DNA of 64,000 nucleotides from the human T2T-CHM13v2.0 reference genome, Homo sapiens. The position numbers and the translations under genes were made by a program. This document shows, piece after piece, positions 60,961 to 64,000 of this stretch (position 1 is its first letter; every line of letters begins with the position of its first letter). The stretch is taken from NCBI RefSeq assembly GCF_009914755.1, contig NC_060927.1. One strand, written 5' to 3'. Under the pieces are notes generated by a model, which saw only the letters and a list, made by a program, of their open reading frames with translations, made no database searches and was not told the origin of the DNA.

Positions 60961-63654
60961 CAATACCATTTGCTGACACAGCTTATAGGGCCTGTGCTGG
61001 ACTTTGCCCTCACTCTGTAGCCTAGAAGAAGTAGCAGCAGAGGCCCTACATGAGACACTTCCTCTCTCCTACAGGTCCAGCATGACTAGTTCCCCATGTC
61101 CTAGGTCTCCCACTGCCAAGATGGCCACTTGTCCTGCTGCACTGAAAAAATGCCCTAGGTGAAGATGAGCAGGAACTCTCTGCATAATAACCACATGGAT
61201 CCTTCTAGCACCTGGATGAGCAATTTGCTCTCAAATATTCATGGAATGAATTTGAAATTTGGGAAATGGGAGGGAGCCTGGAGGAGGAAGATAAATAAAT
61301 ACAACTAAAACCTAAAACCCTGTGCTAGTCATCAATTTCAACTTCCTCTGCAATCAATCCTCTCTGACAAGGAGGAAATCCAGCTGACTGGTGTTTCACA
61401 GATTCAGATGATGCAGAGCTGAAAGGGGACCTCAGAAACTTCTAGCCCAACCTTCCACTAGGCACAAGGAATCCCTCATGTGAGCTCCCTGATGGGGGCT
61501 TGAATACCTCCAGTGACACCTCTGTCACCATCAAACAAAGCGACAGATTTCATAGCTAGGTAGCCTATCTTGAGCTAAAATCCACCTACCAGAAACTTTC
61601 AGCCACTGATCCTGGTTGTACCTCCAGGCACCATCAGCATGATCTGAGCCACCAGATCATGGCTTGTACTACTGCACCCCACCCAATTCCCATCTGAGGC
61701 AGGTGCCGCAAGTACAGATAGTGGCAGCCAAGCAGACACTTGTGAATGGCATCAGGCTTTATGGCCACAGCAATGGGCCCTCCTGAATGACTGATCATAG
61801 GCCAGAACCTGAAACAGACTTTTGGCTTTTCCTCACCTTCTATTCACTATTCACCGTTTGAATCTTAATTGGCCCCTTGGAATCTGATTTTACTCTGTCT
61901 CTCCAACTTAACATCAGCTGCTGTTGACCTCATTCTGGCATCACTGGACCTGATCCTGCCTTATTTTGCAGCTACAGAGGCTCTGGGCAGCTCATGATCT
62001 TTCTCTGCTGCAGTGCTCCAGTGCTGACTATCTGACTTCTCTGCTGTCTGACTGCAGGGCTATCCTTGGCCCATTGATGCTCTGTGTGAATCCAAAGTCT
62101 CCTGTTCTTCTGGACAGACACAACCATGCCAGAACATATGGCTCAGTGGGTGGAAAGTGAGCTCTACCTTAGTCCTCCCATGCCTTTTCCTTGGGCAGTG
62201 AACAACCTGCATAACTGTAAGCAGCAGCCCTGACTGCCATCTCCCTAATAGGTACTGACAATCCAGAGGCCTACTTGACACTAGCTTTCTCTGCAGGACC
62301 TCCTGGAATCCAAGGCTGGCCTCTCCACTGCCTTCTTTACTCCAATTTACTATCTGAGCTGCCCCAGACCATGGGGGTCCTGAGAGCTGGAATCATATTG
62401 TAATCCTCACTGTGCTCAACAGATGTTTACATGATGAACATGAGTGACAAAAAGGACAAAAGAAGCCAGCTTTCCACACCCTGGATGGCAGACCCTTGAA
62501 TGAGTGAGGCTTTGCTTTATTGAATTCAGCCTGGCCTCTCTACCAAGCATTCCTTCACTCATGTGTTCCATCAAAACTCACTATTTATGGGCTCCCTGTC
62601 CAGCACTCTCTGCTCCTTCCTTGATGGACGTTCAATCAGTCAGGGCTGTGAGGGGAGAAGAGAAGCAGAAGAGGATGGAGAAGACACTCTCCTTTGCAGC
62701 TTTCCCCTTTCTCCTACTGACCAGAGGCAGCCTTATGGCCTTGACCCCAGCAGACACAGCTCCCAGCCTCTGCCAGGGTTACTCAAGTAAGAATGAATAG
62801 CCACTCTGCAGGGAACTGATGAGCGCCCACAGAGAGCCCTGAGAGGTGAGCAGGCATTGCAGCGCTGTGATGTGGGTCAGACACACCTCTCTGCCCACCC
62901 TGCTGACGGCCCCTCCTCCCGCCCTCTTCACCTCCTCTTGCCGGCAGGCCCATGGAGGCAGATTGTCTGTCCTGGCCTGAGAATGTACCTGGCAGGGCTG
63001 GCCGCGGAAGACCCAGTCATGCGGGGCTGGAGTCTGCTTTCCTGTGAACGTCACTGTCTGCGTGCAGAATTACACTGCTGAGGAGCAAGCAGAATGGATG
63101 ATGGAGGCTGACAGGCCGCGAGACCCCAGAGCAATTTCACCTGGTTTTGATTCATGGCTTGTCAGAGCGCTAACCAAATATTCCATTTTCATTTTCGCCC
63201 TCCACTCTCTCCCATTGACTGGCATCATAATTGAAAACTCCAGCATGAAGAGCTGGGACCACCTGTCTGCAGGGCCCTCAATTCCGTCTGCTCCGAATGT
63301 CTTGCTCCTCAAAGAGGAGGGCAGAGGGGAAAATCAGCAAACAGATGGTGTGAGGATTAGATTCATGTGGACCAGCCTCGGCTGACTCTCAGCTGTCTCA
63401 TCTTGAGCAACCTTGGCCTCTCCCACCCTCCGCTCTGCCTTTTGAGCTTATTTCTATTTGTTTGCTCAACTATAAAAAAGGATGTAGGGCCAGAAAGATA
63501 AGCTGAGTTTGAAATCACTCTTTTCACTCTCTATTTGAAGGTCTGCTGAGAGTTGAAGCTGGCAAGAGGAGAGTTTTAGAAGATGGAGTCAATCAAACTT
63601 GGGAAATTTTTAAAATTTCTGTTTCTGAAATAAATCTCTCAAAGGCTGGCACCA

Positions 63655-63880
63655 ATCATAATAACACCTAACACTTATTGAGCACCTACAACTTGCCAGG
63701 TGCTGCTCTAAGGATTTTAAATAAATTAGCTCATTGTATCTTGGCAAGAAAACTATATGCAAGGTTCTATTTTTATCCCCATTGCACAGATGGGGACACT
63801 GAGATCAAGAGATGCTGAAGAACTTGCTCAAAGTCAAACAGTGAAGAACTATTCAGGAGGGATTTCAAGTCTTAACGCCT
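63655..63880 (-). mobile_element. MIR
   Basis: 'aacacttattgagcacctac..tttttatccccattgcacagatggggacactgagatc'. Confidence 0.8.
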
Positions 63881-64000
63881 ATGCCATGCTTCCCAGCACT
63901 CAAAGGAGCAAGATCTAAAATAGACGGGCATATGACCTACAAATGATAGATAAATATTTATTTTAAATGGAAGTGAATACAGGAGTCTTAGTACAGAAAA

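Overview
Primate (probably hominoid, judging by L1PA2/L1PA3-like and AluY copies) non-genic or intronic DNA dominated by transposable elements. No host protein-coding exon could be supported; nearly all long ORFs are LINE-1 fragments. Main observations: (1) a heavily decayed segment at ~31943-33255 whose translated blocks align in order along most of the bornavirus nucleoprotein (candidate endogenous bornavirus-like N element, EBLN), split by a TSD-flanked L1PA insertion; (2) a TSD-flanked L1PA5-like element (5565-12660, minus) with a precise 5'UTR-to-ORF1 splice junction (SpIRE97/976 type), carrying a nested L1PA2-like insertion with both a twin-priming inversion and a 3' transduction; (3) an L1PA3-like element (45207-49669) rearranged into four pieces of mixed orientation with a duplicated 5' terminus and no TSD; (4) an ~80-bp locally templated insertion inside a Tigger3 element. 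Subfamily names and the Borna disease virus N comparison come from recalled consensus sequences, not from a search; boundaries of old repeats are approximate.
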